64,000 nt of DNA from Octopus vulgaris. Its lineage: Eukaryota. The notes under the pieces are model-generated. The model had not been told where the DNA came from, searched no databases, and saw only the letters and a program-made list of their open reading frames with translations. Where the stretch lies: positions 132,742,001 through 132,806,000 of the forward strand of contig OX597816.1 of NCBI GenBank assembly GCA_951406725.2, in the 5' to 3' direction. The number at the start of each line of letters is the position of its first letter. Position 1 is the stretch's first letter. The translations under genes were made by a program, and so were the position numbers. Shown piece after piece: positions 63,160 to 64,000 of this stretch.

Positions 63160-64000
63160 TACACACACTCACACACGTGTCAGTTGTATATTGTAATATT
63201 CACCTATTGTGTATGTACCTGTGTTATTTTCTTTTGATTGTTCTGTTTGTATTCATAATCACTATTACTTTTCTTTCTCTTATTTCTGTATAAAATGATC
63301 TTGCCAATAAATTAAAATATAGTTTACTCAGGAGTACACTGAAATTTTCAGTAAAGCAATTTTATTGCAATTATTTCCCTTGCTTGCTCGAGATATTAAA
63401 CACGTGTAGAAGATATTTAGTGATACAGCTAGTGAGGCTGAATGGATTGGTAATTAGTAAGTGATGTGCAGTTTCACTTTTTGAACATAAGTTTTCTACC
63501 CAGATGATGGCCTGAGAAGCTGATGTCTTGTATCGTCTCACTAGTGCTGTGCTGTTTCCATTTTGGTTGACTGTGTAGGCTTTAGCATTACTGAAAATTT
63601 TATCGCTTTTTCATTTAACTTGAAATGGTGAGATTGAAATTTGCTGTGGGTTCTGACTAAGAAGTGTGCTTGTGCATGTGTGCACATGATTTACTTGCAA
63701 TTAAGATATACAAAAATGTTCACATTCAAGATTTTCAAGATGAAATCTTATTTATTTTTAAATGGAGAAATTACAGTGATGGTTATTTGCATGGATGAAC
63801 ACATTCTTTAGAATAAAAAACAAGGTTTGCAACATGAGTAAATTTTTGAACTCTTCCTCTGCAAAAATTTAGAGGGAACATTGGTACTGACCATGACAGA
63901 AATCTTTATATTCTAACACAAAGCATTTTTATTGTAGTTTTTAAGAATTAGCATAATTTACAACTTATATTGACAAACCATTTGAGCTTTTAATTCTCAT

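Noticed and set aside
63495-63545. cagatga-tggcc..agct segment resembling a decayed hammerhead
   Set aside because: Too many deviations, including no GAAA, to support a call.

Overview
AT-rich, repeat-dense animal genomic DNA. The SINE, RTE and MITE families look like those of octopod cephalopods, but the organism is inferred, not proven. The window holds the middle of one plus-strand spliced gene, an ELAPOR1/ELAPOR2 (KIAA1324/UPF0577) family member. I traced 14 GT-AG exons from 23127 to 59987 with consistent phases (1941 coding nt). The N-terminal and C-terminal/transmembrane exons appear to lie outside the window. Nearly all other ORFs in the track are microsatellite or repeat noise. The introns carry tRNA-derived SINEs, RTE, Jockey/CR1-group and R4-like LINE fragments, mariner/maT, hAT and piggyBac-like MITEs, two non-autonomous Helitrons and a solo LTR. 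The most notable signal is a set of small non-coding elements with minimal type I hammerhead ribozyme motifs of the Penelope/retrozyme kind. These are a 209-bp TSD-flanked element (24307-24515), a TSD-flanked head-to-head dimer of a tRNA-headed SINE with a hammerhead-bearing tail (54991-55534), and two decayed copies. Several microsatellite-embedded fold-backs are also present, one a perfect 93-bp-arm palindrome (61747-61938).
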